A stretch of DNA of 36,252 nt, from assembly GCF_001194135.2 (NCBI RefSeq), contig NC_068998.1:37619046-37655297 (forward strand). Direction: 5' to 3'. Position numbers and translations under genes: made by a program. Below are positions 11,438-22,047 of the stretch, one piece after another; position 1 is the first letter of the stretch; each line of letters begins with the position of its first letter. The notes beneath the pieces are model-generated. The model was not told the DNA's origin. It ran no database searches and worked only from the letters and a program-made list of their open reading frames with translations. Source of the DNA: Octopus bimaculoides (Eukaryota).

Positions 11438-11632
11438 ATATTGGTTTCAAATTTTGGCCCAAGGCCTGCAATTTCAGGGCAGGGCGCAAGTCGATTACAT
11501 CGAACACTGTGTTAAACTGTTACCTATTTTATCGACCCCAAAGTGATAAAAGGTAATGTCAACCCCGGCAGAATTTGAACTCAGAAAGTAAAGACAGACA
11601 AAATGCCACTAAACATTCTGCCAGATCGTCGC
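11438..11632 (-). mobile_element. SINE family B copy 1
   Basis: Reverse complement matches 23303-23503 (GTTCTGAGTTCAAATTC..GGGGTCGATAAAATAGGTA..CCAAAATTTGAAACCAATAT). Confidence 0.85.
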
Positions 11633-11648
11633 ACCCCCACTGTCAACA

Positions 11649-11865
11649 ATGTATGGCAAATGTTGACACAAGGCTAATAATTTTAGGAGAAGGCGTAAGT
11701 CGTTTATATCCACCCCAGTTTTCAACTAGTACTTATTTTATCGACCCTGGAAAGATACAAGGCAAAATCAATCTCGACGGAATTTGAACTCAGAACGTAA
11801 AGACAGACGAAATACCTCTAAGCATTTCGCCCGGCGTGATAACGATTCTGCCAGCTCGCTGCCCT
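11649..11865 (-). mobile_element. SINE family B copy 2, tandem to copy 1
   Basis: Reverse complement GGCAGCGAGCTGGCAGAATCGTTA..ACGTTCTGAGTTCAAATTCCGTCGAG..GGGTCGATAAAATAAGTACTAG. Confidence 0.85.
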
Positions 11866-12667
11866 GTGTGTTAGTCTGTCAACAATATATTAATTTGTTT
11901 GTTTATTTGTCTGTGTCTTTTTATTAAGAGACAAAAATGAGTGGTGTGTTGTAGCACTCATGTCTTTCCTTGGAGCGTTAGCGTCATAAAGAAAATGACA
12001 TGGCTGAGGATTTTAACCAAGGGTTCAAACTACAACGTGATTTCGGTTACCTGGGAGCACAGCCCTTGATCTACGGTGTCTTAATCTTTATCACCGAAAA
12101 GTTTGGAATATTTTAATCTTATATCTTAAGGACATGAGGTGTTAAAGGAAGAAAAATAGGAGATTGTAATATTCATAAGTTTTCCAATGGCATTAATAGC
12201 ATTATTTTTACAGCGTTTGTTTTTCCATAGCAAAATATATTTTATTGTAGAGACAATAGATCTCAGCATAGAATGGATGAATAAATAAGTTGATTAAATG
12301 AGATTTAAGCATGTTTCAAGACCAGAAGTAAGGCGAGGGAAAATCATGCCGTGTTTACGTGTATACCTGCACACAAATATACACGCATGCACACATACAT
12401 AAATACATACATACATACGCGCATGCATACAATCATACATACATACATTAAATGGGAAAATGCGAACAAGCGAAATAATATTCTTAAGATTATAAACCTG
12501 GAAAACTACAGGACAAGTTATTACACTTGGAAAAGTTCAGGACAACTGATTACATCTGATAAAGTACAGAACAAGAAATTTTTTACTACAATATTGAGTT
12601 CTGTTTAAAGAGCAATGTTGAATATGCAAGTATACTATGCATATGTGTACGTACAGGCAAATATATA

Positions 12668-13074
12668 GTCGGTCGGTATCAAATGACCATGGATCTGCGC
12701 CCGAAAAAATCGTGTCAACTGGTGATGGTGGTGCAGCTCCTGCTGTGGCTGTAGAGACCCACAAGGGAGTGGTAATTATGCATACAGCAACTGCATTTGA
12801 AGGAGCTCTCTGCCGGTGATACTGGTTTTTCCTTCCATCGAGTGCGCTTTTTTTATTTTTATTTATTTATTTTTTGGGGGTGGCGAATTCCTGTTTTTTT
12901 CCTCCCTCGCTTCAGCCCCTTTCGCAGACTTCATCTATCTCTTGCAGACGTCCTTGAAACGAAGATGAGGTCGTCCTTGTGTTCTTTTGTTGGCATGCGA
13001 TGTACAGAACCGCGCCAGCGTATACGACTCTACAAATATATATTCGCCATGATAGATCGCTAGCCACCAAACCG
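12668..13074 (-). mobile_element. RTE-clade LINE 3' end (decayed)
   Basis: Minus-strand translation gives SRIRWRGSVHRMP (LRWxGHVxRM-like), GRPHLRFKDVCKR*MKS, and a C-terminal C2H2-like finger FKCSCCMHNYHSLVGLYSHSRSC* (12715-12801), followed by a short 3' UTR. Confidence 0.8.
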
Positions 13075-13124
13075 TTTTCTATTTTCTCTCCCTGTTTATT
13101 TCTGTGTTCCTATATATATATTTC

Positions 13125-14560
13125 TGAGCAGAATTCCAAATCAAAATAACATCCTTTCTTTTAGGAGATTTTAATGACCGTGTTGAATCAGATTACCTTT
13201 CTTGGCCAAATATTCCTGGTCAGTAAGGGCTTGGCAAAATGAACTCAAATGGACTCTTGATACTATCTTTGTGCAGTGAGTTTGGACTTTGGTCACCAAT
13301 ACGATTTTTTCAACAGTCCAATACAGACAGAATAACTTGGTATTCTCCGAAATCAGGTCATGGTCACTTGATTGACTATGTGATTGTCCGAATCCGAAAT
13401 AGAACTTATGTTAAATTAAACATGTTTTTTTTTTTTTTCTGTGAGGTAGAATGCTGATTTGACCATGCTATGGTTTGTAGTAAAACAAAAATGAGACCCA
13501 AACTGAGCATAAAACAAAATCGTGAAAACCTCTTAAGGAGACTTGGTATTTCAAGGTTCAAAGTTGATAACAACAAGAATATTCTCGGTCAAATACATGA
13601 TGAAAAGTTACACAATGTTAGAATCACGCAAAATATAGAAGAATCATGGGTCAGCTTAGCGATCTTATATTTTTAGTCACCCAGAGAAATTATTGGGTGT
13701 ACTTGTTGTAAAATCCAAGATTGATTTGATGAAAATGATGAAGTTATAAATGAACAACTTCAAAAATATATACAGATTTCACAAAGAATGAATTTCAGAT
13801 AAAGAACACCCCTAGAGAGAAATATCTTTGCAAATGAAAAGTAAACTCCCAAAAATGAAGCAATAGTGGTGGGAACAAAATGCTAAAGGTCTTCAAGAAG
13901 CAGGTGACAAACATGAAATGTCTTTATCAGAATTTGAAAAGGTATTTAGTTCAAGTAATGAAGGCTGCTCTCCTGCTCTTTCTACAGAAAGGAATCTTCT
14001 CACATTTTAAAGATGTACTCAATAGAGATACAAACGCACACATGAATTCAATCAAAAATATCCTGCCAAAGACCAGTAATTGACTCTCTTCCATTGGATT
14101 CATGTTTGGATGAGGAAAAAGTGGCTATAAAACAATTAACAAATAGAAAAGCTCCAGGAGAGGATGGTATTCCTGGAGAAATTTTTAAATGAAGTGGAAA
14201 TACTTCAATCGATAAAATAACTGAGCTTGTAGTCCAAAAGTGGCAAATAGGAACTGTCTCTCCACAATTTAAAAATGCAATGATTCTACCTCTTATAAGT
14301 ATAAAAGTATTAAGTGTGAATGTGATAATCGTCGTGGCAAATCGCTGCTCTCTTTTGCAGGAAAAAATCCTCTCTAGAGTCATTTTAAACAGAATTAACA
14401 CTTAGTCGGTTCTGTCTACCCAGAGAATCAGAGTGGGTTTAGGCCACATTCAGTTTGTGACAAGTTCAGGGGAAGACCCGGGAGCAAGATAAGGACCCCT
14501 ATGTGATATTTTATGACCTTAGAAAAGCCTTAGCCTCTGTATATCGACAGGCTTTCTGGA
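13125..14560 (+). mobile_element. RTE-clade LINE ORF remnant (AP endonuclease + N-terminal RT), pseudogenised
   Basis: LGDFN (GDFN at 13164-13175), GKMNSNGLLILSLCSE, ITWYSPKSGHGHLIDYVIV, *FDEND, KAPGEDGIPGEIFK, CDNRRGKSLLSFAGK, VIFYDLRKAL; many stops and frameshifts. Confidence 0.9.
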
Positions 14561-14562
14561 AC

Positions 14563-14889
14563 GCATGAACAAAGCTCGGGTACTCGAGCAAATGAAAAAT
14601 GACAAAGTGTCCCTAGATAGACATGAAGGCATCTGTTCTCTCAAAACCAAATATCAAAGGTCCTTTTGTAGCCATTGGCTCATAAGGACGGTTTCCCAGA
14701 TTCTATGCCGAATATATTCCGCGCTGGACGTGTCGCCGGTCGGTTGTAAGATTACTCATTTTGCCGGCCAATCGGATTGGAGAGCAACGTGAAATAAAAT
14801 GTTTCGCTTAAGAGTACTAATCATTCGGTCCAAGAATCAAAACCACAATCTTACGACTTCAACACCATAACCACTAAACCACGCGCCTC
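14563..14889 (-). mobile_element. tRNA-head SINE family C
   Basis: Reverse complement starts GAGGCGCGTGGTTTAGTGGTTATGGTGTT..GTGGTTTTGATTCTTGG (A/B-box-like) and shares the TTTCACGTTGCTCC..GGCAAAATGAGT core with 19339-19640 and 21726-21786. Confidence 0.75.
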
Positions 14890-15006
14890 AACACACACAT
14901 ACGCACACACACGAGCGCGAACATACACACACACTTACACACTCAAATATGCACGCACACACACACACACCCAAACGTGATTCTGAGAAAAATTATAAAG
15001 TACGTT

Positions 15007-15046
<40 letters not shown>

Positions 15047-15715
15047 TTAAAGGCAATGATTGCCGCATTTATGTTGAATGGAAGAAATGTATGCCAAGTG
15101 TCTCCCTCTACTTCCGCTATGTCAAAGATACATAAAGTGAGTGTGGAGTGATGGGGACAGAAGTAGTTATATAGAGGTCGGCGGAAGTGACACCCCCCCA
15201 CCCCTACACACATGTATATATAATATATATATACATACATACATACATACATACATACATACATACATACGTACGTACATATAGCCGCACATATAAAGAG
15301 ACAATTTAGAGAGAAATAGATGGTGTATGCGAGAGAGAAAGATGGAGAGGTAGGTAAACAGAAAGGTAGAGATGTTTTTGGAGCTGTAGTGTTTAATCAT
15401 TTAGAATGTTCTATCAGCTTCACATCTCTTTAACAAAACCAAGCTTCCAAACATGTTGGCACTGACTGCAAAAATACTATGTCATAGAATCCTGTAAGAT
15501 CTTTGAGATATTATTCTATGAATAATGTAGTCAAGTTCGTAAGCAGATCTATAGGGATTGGTTTTTATCATTCTCTTTGCGAACCGTTTATTAAATGGTG
15601 AATTCTTAATCTTTGCCTCTGTCGAATCAATATTTGTTAAGTAACTGCTTTGTAAAGACGTATTATGACTCACAATTCAACGTTTGTAACTAACAATACC
15701 AGTAGTGGTAGCAAT

Positions 15716-15719
15716 AATG

Positions 15720-15794
<75 letters not shown>

Positions 15795-15865
15795 GTAATA
15801 ATGATGAGAAGAAGAAGAAGAAGAAGAAGAAGAAGAAGAAGAAGAAGAAGAAGAAGAAGAAGAAT
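15716..15865. repeat. Compound (AAT)n-(GAA)n microsatellite
   Basis: Direct; explains the poly-N/poly-K ORF. Confidence 0.95.
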
Positions 15866-16159
15866 TCATTATTGATGTTGTTGTTGTTATTAATTATAGN
15901 NNNNNNNNNNNNNNNNNNNNNNNNNNNNNNNNNNNNNNNNNNNNNNNNNNNNNNNNNNNNNNNNNNNNNNNNNNNNNNNNNNNNNNNNNNNNNNNNNNNN
16001 NNNNNNNNNNNNNNNNNNNNNNNNNNNNNNNNNNNNNNNNNNNTAAGTTCGTTGCACGAAACTGTCGGCGCTTGCGTCATTAATATAACTTCTCAGCTAT
16101 AAAAAAGAACATTAATGTCAGCAATGTAAAGCATTCTTTTAATTCCTACTTCCCTAGAT

Positions 16160-16221
<62 letters not shown>

Positions 16222-16224
16222 ATA

Positions 16225-16530
16225 GCAATAAGAAAATGGAGGGGAATATGTGGTACTCACCAACTTGCAGACATAGTATTATGTCAATTTACCAGCTTAT
16301 TTTTCAACTAAGAAGACAATAAATACAATATACAAACACATATGACATATTGTGTCATATCATTAATCAAAAATTAAAAAGAACATCTAATGACCGAAGT
16401 GTCCCATCTAGTGTCCCTAGCCTACTACGGATCTCTAGCTGCAACCTTAGCTGTGAACTTGGATCCTAACAGATGAGCAATTATAGCACTTACGTAGCGT
16501 ACCTATTGGTTTAGATCATCAGTGAAATTA
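16225..16530 (-). mobile_element. Single-arm element sharing its terminal motif with the 219-1061 foldback; probable PLE 3' end
   Basis: Begins beside (TA)n with GCAATAAGAAAATGGAGGGGAATAT (compare GCAAATAAGAAAATGGAGAGGATAT); carries a degenerate hammerhead-like motif at 16487-16524 on the minus strand. Confidence 0.55.
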
Positions 16531-16590
16531 AACTCCTCATATTCTATGTGTAAGGTGCCGCGCAGTGGGACTGAGTCCGGAACCATATAT

Positions 16591-16751
16591 AGGCGCAAGC
16601 GTGGCTATGTGGTAAGAAGCATGCTTTCCAGCCACACGGTTTCAGTTTCAGTCCCACTGCGTGGCACCTTAAGCGGATGTCTTCTACTATAGCCTTGGGC
16701 CTACCAAAGTCTTGCCAATGGATTTGGTAGACGAAAACTGAAAGAAGCCCG

Positions 16752-16755
<4 letters not shown>
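16591..16755 (+). mobile_element. SINE family A, 5' half
   Basis: AGGCGCAAGCGTGGCTATGTGGTAAGAAGC..TTCAGTCCCACTGCGTGGCACCTT..GAAAGAAGCCCGTCG, then (CA)n and a gap. Confidence 0.9.
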
Positions 16756-16792
<37 letters not shown>

Positions 16793-17215
16793 NNNNNNNN
16801 NNNNNNNNNNNNNNNNNNNNNNNNNNNNNNNNNNNNNNNNNNNNNNNNNNNNNNNNNNNNNNNNNNNNNNNNNNNNNNNNNNNNNNNNNNNNNNNNNNNN
16901 NNNNNNNNNNNNNNNNNNNNNNNNNNNNNNNNNNNNNNNNNNNNNNNNNNNNNNNNNNNNNNNNNNNNNNNNNNNNNNNNNNNNNNNNNNNNNNNNNNNN
17001 NNNNNNNNNNNNNNNNNNNNNNNNNNNNNNNNNNNNNNNNNNNNNNNNNNNNNNNNNNNNNNNNNNNNNNNNNNNNNNNNNNNNNNNNNNNNNNNNNNNN
17101 NNNNNNNNNNNNNNNNNNNNNNNNNNNNNNTATATATATATATATATATATATATATGCATATATACATACGTATATGTACATACTTACATGTATACGTA
17201 TATATATATGCATAT

Positions 17216-18351
17216 GTGGGCACAGGACATCATGAAACATGTACAACAAAGAATACGAAGTACGAGTAGATGGAATATGAACTATTTTTTCGAACAACGA
17301 AATACACAAATGGAAAACAAGACAAACAACACAAAGAACGACCCTTCAGCTGTTGTCGACTGTTTTTCTAGTCTCGTATTTCGATCATTTAACAACAATA
17401 TACGCTTTCCATAAAACAGTTGCTCCCGCAAAGTAAATTATATAAAATTTGGGATTTTGCGGAGGGTCAAAATTGGTAGCACAAACAGGAAGGGCTGCTA
17501 AGCCTAAATGAGGTTGTGGTACCGAACGCGTAAATCAAGCTTGGACAGGAGACAGACAATAACACGTTTTAATTGATCTAGCTACAACAGAGAGAAAGAA
17601 AGAAACACAAGTTAGAAGGAAGGTGACCAATGGTCACGTGGGATCCACGTGAGCAAGGGAGGAAGAGTGAGGGAGAGAGAGTGACAGACAGAGGACTGTG
17701 AAGAGGAGAGGGATAAATTGGAGATAGGATAAATGAGAAAAAACAGGGGGGAGAAGGGGAGGTAAAAGAATAAGAGAGAAAGACGAAAGAGTCATTGGAT
17801 AGAATAATGGGAGAAGAGTAGGTAAAAGAATAAAAGAGAGAACGAGAGAAAACGAAAGAGTAAAATGATAGTAGAATGCGCATCTCCATTGCTCATGTGG
17901 CTCCCACGTGACCATCGGCTATCTTCTCCTAACTTGTGTTTCTTTCTTTCTCTCCGTTGTAGCTGGATCAAGGAAGACGTGTACATATCTGTCTCCTACC
18001 TAAGCTTGATTTACGCGTCTGCCACCACAACCTCGTAGGCTTAGCTTAGCAGCCCTTCCTGTTTGTTTTCGCTGTCCTGTTTGTGTTACCAATTTTGACC
18101 CTCTGCAAAATCCCAAATTATATTTAATTTGCTTTGTGGGAGCAACTGTTTTATCGAAAGTGTGTATTGTTGTTAAATGCTCGAAATACGAGAGTAGAAA
18201 AAACAATCAACAACTGCTGAAGGGTCGTTCTTTGTGTTGTTTGTCTTGTTTTCCATTTGTGTCTTTCATTGTTAGAAAAAATAGTTCATATTCCATCTAC
18301 TCGTACTTCGTATTTTTTTGTTGTACACGTTTCGTGATGTCCTGTGCCCAC
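17216..18351. mobile_element. Foldback (long imperfect inverted repeat) element
   Basis: Left arm 17216-17656 is the approximate reverse complement of right arm 17889-18351 (GTGGGCACAGGACATCATGAAACATGTACAAC vs GTTGTACACGTTTCGTGATGTCCTGTGCCCAC), with a purine-rich spacer of about 232 bp. Confidence 0.9.
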
Positions 18352-18370
18352 TACGCCACATGTCTACGGG

Positions 18371-18438
18371 CATATGGCGTAGTGGTTAAGAGCGCGGGTT
18401 ACTAACCCCAAGAATCCGAGTTCGATTCCAAGCTGTGA

Positions 18439-18525
<87 letters not shown>

Positions 18526-18690
18526 CAACAACAACAACATCGAAAAATACCTTAGGAATGAGAACCCAGGTTCGAGATTTCCCCAAGACACCTGATAAAG
18601 GCTGGAGGGTATATCAGCCGAAACGCTGTGTTAACAACAAACAAGATGAGGACAAATATCCGTCAATTGTAAATAATGTAAATAATGTAA
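18371..18690 (+). mobile_element. tRNA-head SINE-like element with internal (AAT)n(AAC)n and 3' hammerhead-like motif (family D)
   Basis: A box TGGCGTAGTGG 18375-18385, B box GAGTTCGATTCC 18418-18429, microsatellite 18443-18538, hammerhead-like fold 18587-18632, tail of TGTAAATAA repeats. Confidence 0.8.
18587..18632 (+). ncRNA. Degenerate minimal type-I hammerhead ribozyme motif
   Basis: GACAC-CTGATAA-A-GGCTG(GAGGGTATAT)CAGCC-GAAA-CGCT-GTGTT. Helix I GACAC/GTGTT, helix II 5 bp. Two departures from the canonical core (G8>A, U16.1>C) plus an extra unpaired A after position 9. Confidence 0.65.
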
Positions 18691-19245
18691 AGTTCGTTAA
18701 TATAATGTAAAATACTTGTTGTATATCTTCAGATCAACGACGACCTACACTGCATTTTACGTGAAAACATTTCATTAAATGAAACTATGAAAGTAGAGAA
18801 GAAGTATCGATCCAGTGCTGGAACATAATACTTCATTTATTAACTACCAAAAGAATGTAAAGCAGAGTTTATCTCGGTGGGATTTGGAGTCAATACCCAG
18901 AATGAATATCACAAATTATTGCATCTGACTGTCAGATGACTCTGCTAATATGCCTTATAGATATGTATTTTTTCTTCTGGTTCCAGAACACATTTGGCAA
19001 GTTGTGTTTTAACTTGAATGTATGTATGCATGTATATATTTGTATGAATGTATGTATGTGTGTATGGATGTATGCATGTGAGAAATTATTGCTGATGTAA
19101 GCGACAAAACGCTTCGTATCTTATTCTATATTCTAACTACCTATCTTCTCTGTGCTTCTCTAGAGAAATTGCTTTGTACCAAATAATTACATAATGATTA
19201 ACTACTGCTTTTTAGTGAATAAACACACATGCACACACTCACTCT

Positions 19246-19247
19246 CA

Positions 19248-19310
<63 letters not shown>
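19246..19310. repeat. (CT)n microsatellite
   Basis: Direct. Confidence 0.9.
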
Positions 19311-19338
19311 ACTCACTCACTCCAACTCACACACATAT

Positions 19339-19640
19339 GTACTGGCCTGATTCTCCGACGACGAGTTTTCAGTGGATCCGATCAATGGAACACCCTCTTT
19401 GTGAAATTAATGTGCAAGTTGTGCAAGTTGTGCAAGTGACTGAGTACTCCTCAGACATGCCACGCTGCGTGCCCTTAACGTTGTTCTCCAGGAGATTCAG
19501 CGTGATACACCGAATGTGAAACTGAACTACATGTACAACTCATTTTTGATAGCTTAGGGGATTGGAGCAACGAGACGATACGGAAATCGAACTCATAAAC
19601 TTACTTTTCTGAACCGAATACCCTCACTATTCAGTCACGT
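19339..19640 (-). mobile_element. SINE related to family C (decayed), with internal GTGCAAGTT tandem repeat
   Basis: CAACTCATTTTTGATAGCT..GGAGCAACG..GGAAATCGAACTC..CCGAATACCCTCAC is the reverse complement of a tRNA head plus core. Confidence 0.7.
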
Positions 19641-19795
19641 ATTTGAACATGTGATGTTGAGACTGCCTTTCTGAAGCGGCAAGGAGTGGCTTCCCCTTTA
19701 GCAAATAGGAATAGATTAAAACAGAAATGAAAAGGCAAACGGTTTGGCAAGACTTGACAATGTCATCTAATTTAGATATATAATAAAAAGGTATG

Positions 19796-19796
19796 C

Positions 19797-19827
<31 letters not shown>

Positions 19828-20665
19828 TGTATGTATGTATGTATGTATGTGTGTGTGTGTGTATATATGTATGTATGTATGTGTGTGTGTATGTATGTAT
19901 GTGTGTATGTATGTATGTATGTATGTGTGTATGTATGTGTGTGTGTATGTATGTGTGTATGTATGTATGTATGTTATCNNNNNNNNNNNNNNNNNNNNNN
20001 NNNNNNNNNNNNNNNNNNNNNNNNNNNNNNNNNNNNNNNNNNNNNNNNNNNNNNNNNNNNNNNNNNNNNNNNNNNNNNNNNNNNNNNNNNNNNNNNNNNN
20101 NNNNNNNNNNNNNNNNNNNNNNNNNNNNNNNNNNNNNNNNNNNNNNNNNNNNNNNNNNNNNNNNNNNNNNNNNNNNNNNNNNNNNNNNNNNNNNNNNNNN
20201 NNNNNNNNNNNNNNNNNNNNNNNNNNNNNNNNNNNNNNNNNNNNNNNNNNNNNNNNNNNNNNNNNNNNNNNNNNNNNNNNNNNNNNNNNNNNNNNNNNNN
20301 NNNNNNNNNNNNNNNNNNNNNNNNNNNNNNNNNNNNNNNNNNNNNNNNNNNNNNNNNNNNNNNNNNNNNNNNNNNNNNNNNNNNNNNNNNNNNNNNNNNN
20401 NNNNNNNNNNNNNNNNNNNNNNNNNNNNNNNNNNNNNNNNNNNNNNNNNNNNNNNNNNNNNNNNNNNNNNNNNNNNNNNNNNNNNNNNGTGTGTATGTAT
20501 GTATGTATGTATGTATGTATGTATGTATGTATGTATATATGCATGTGTGCATGTATGTATGTGTGTATGTATGTGTGTATGTATGTGTGTGTGTATGTAT
20601 GTATGCATGTATGTATGTATGTATGTATGTGTGCATGTATGTGTGTGTATGTATGTATGTATGTA
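19796..20665. repeat. (ATGT)n/(GT)n tract with N gap
   Basis: Direct. Confidence 0.95.
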
Positions 20666-20779
20666 CGTACACACTTAGATACTGAGATACTTTGATAAGT
20701 TTCGGCAAGAATTTATCCAAGAGCATGTCTAAATGGTGTCACCCAGAAAAAAACATTTAATGGTATTTCATATTACAGT

Positions 20780-21100
20780 CATTCCTTGGGCACCATAGTC
20801 CATTCGAGTAAAGAGACATTGTTTAAAGAGATACATCCAGGTGTAATTTGGTTTATCTGGAATTTCTTGGAGATATTTTTCCAAGCCCCACTTGAGTGCT
20901 AAGAGACGATTATCTTATTTTAAGTGTCTTAGCATGAAGTTAAACAGAGCAGGGCCAGTTAAAGTGAAATATTTCTGTCTTAGTGTTGTGTTGTGACGCG
21001 AACATGATTTTTGTAAAAAGGACGGATTGCATGGGAAACCAAGCCTTGAATGAGTTTTAAAGTTGATGCCAACAATCATTTGGGTTGTGTTATATGTAAA
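20780..21100 (-). mobile_element. CR1-group LINE C-terminal fragment (decayed)
   Basis: Minus-strand translation FKTHSRLGFPCNPS..TLRQKYFTLTGPALFNFMLRHLK and, frameshifted, PDKP/PGCISLNNVSLLEW; typical post-RT GPxLFN and PDxP motifs. Confidence 0.7.
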
Positions 21101-21258
21101 GGTATATATGTGTTTATAGGTAAACTTTTCTTTCATTGGTGGTCGTACACTCACAGACACACGCCCACACACGCGATTACACACAAAAATGGTAAATATC
21201 TAAAATGTAACAATTGAACAATAAGGGAAATGCTAATTTATGCTATTATATTAGATAC

Positions 21259-21417
21259 ATGCAGGTCTGATTGCGTGGGAAGAAGTTTGGTTCCAAACCA
21301 CATGATTCTGGGTTCAGTTCCACTGCCTGGGACTTTGGGCAGGTGACTTTTACTATAACCTAGGTCCGACCAAAGGCATGTGAGTAGATTTGGTAGACTG
21401 AAACTGAAAGAAACAGG

Positions 21418-21460
<43 letters not shown>

Positions 21461-21542
21461 NNNNNNNNNNNNNNNNNNNNNNNNNNNNNNNNNNNNNNNN
21501 NNNNNNNNNNNNNNNNNNNNNNNNNNNNNNNNNNNNNNNNNN

Positions 21543-21591
<49 letters not shown>

Positions 21592-21725
21592 TGTGTGTGT
21601 GTGTGTGTGTTTGCGCCTTTGCGCTTGTGTTTGTCCTCCGCAATCGCTTGATAACCAACATTGGTGTATTTACGTCTCCGTAACTTATCGGTTAGGCAAA
21701 AAAAAATGCAGTAAGTAGCAGGCTT
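21259..21725 (+). mobile_element. SINE family A with internal (GT)n and gap, 3' truncated
   Basis: Head, body and part of the 3' half homologous to 3046-3546. Confidence 0.85.
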
Positions 21726-21853
21726 GGCACCAGTGATGTCGCAACTCATTTCTACAGCTAAGTGACTGGAGTAATGTGAAATAAACAATGCGAGACGAGA
21801 TATAAAGAAAATAAACTACAAACATAAGAATAAACAAAGTTGAAATTTTACCC

Positions 21854-21897
21854 CATATCTCTATATTTCGGGGTTATAATCTCTTCTTCAGCACATG
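21854..21897 (-). ncRNA. Degenerate hammerhead-like motif
   Basis: Minus strand CATGTG-CTGAAGA-A-GAGATTATAACCCC-GAAA-TATAGA-GATATG. Core CUGAAGA and GAAA intact; mismatches in helices I and II and at U16.1. Confidence 0.45.
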
Positions 21898-22047
21898 TGA
21901 ACAAGCGAGGGTTGAAGAAAAATTGTTGTTCATGGTTGGGTGAAGAGAAGGAAGGTGATGTATACAGACTGGTGTTGCTATACTAACCGGTCGCCTTCGT
22001 GTAGCTCTTTTATTTATTTATTATTTATTTATTAATAAACTCAGTTT

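Noticed and set aside
11930-12080. Possible additional decayed tRNA-head SINE on the minus strand
   Set aside because: Only a weak box-like similarity and no second copy in the window to confirm it.
15665-16102. 145-aa poly-Asn/poly-Lys ORF, and all long ORFs containing X, HT, VC or IY runs
   Set aside because: Artefacts of microsatellites and N gaps.
18371-18432. tRNA gene
   Set aside because: Has A and B boxes but a poor anticodon stem and no acceptor stem; it is a SINE head.
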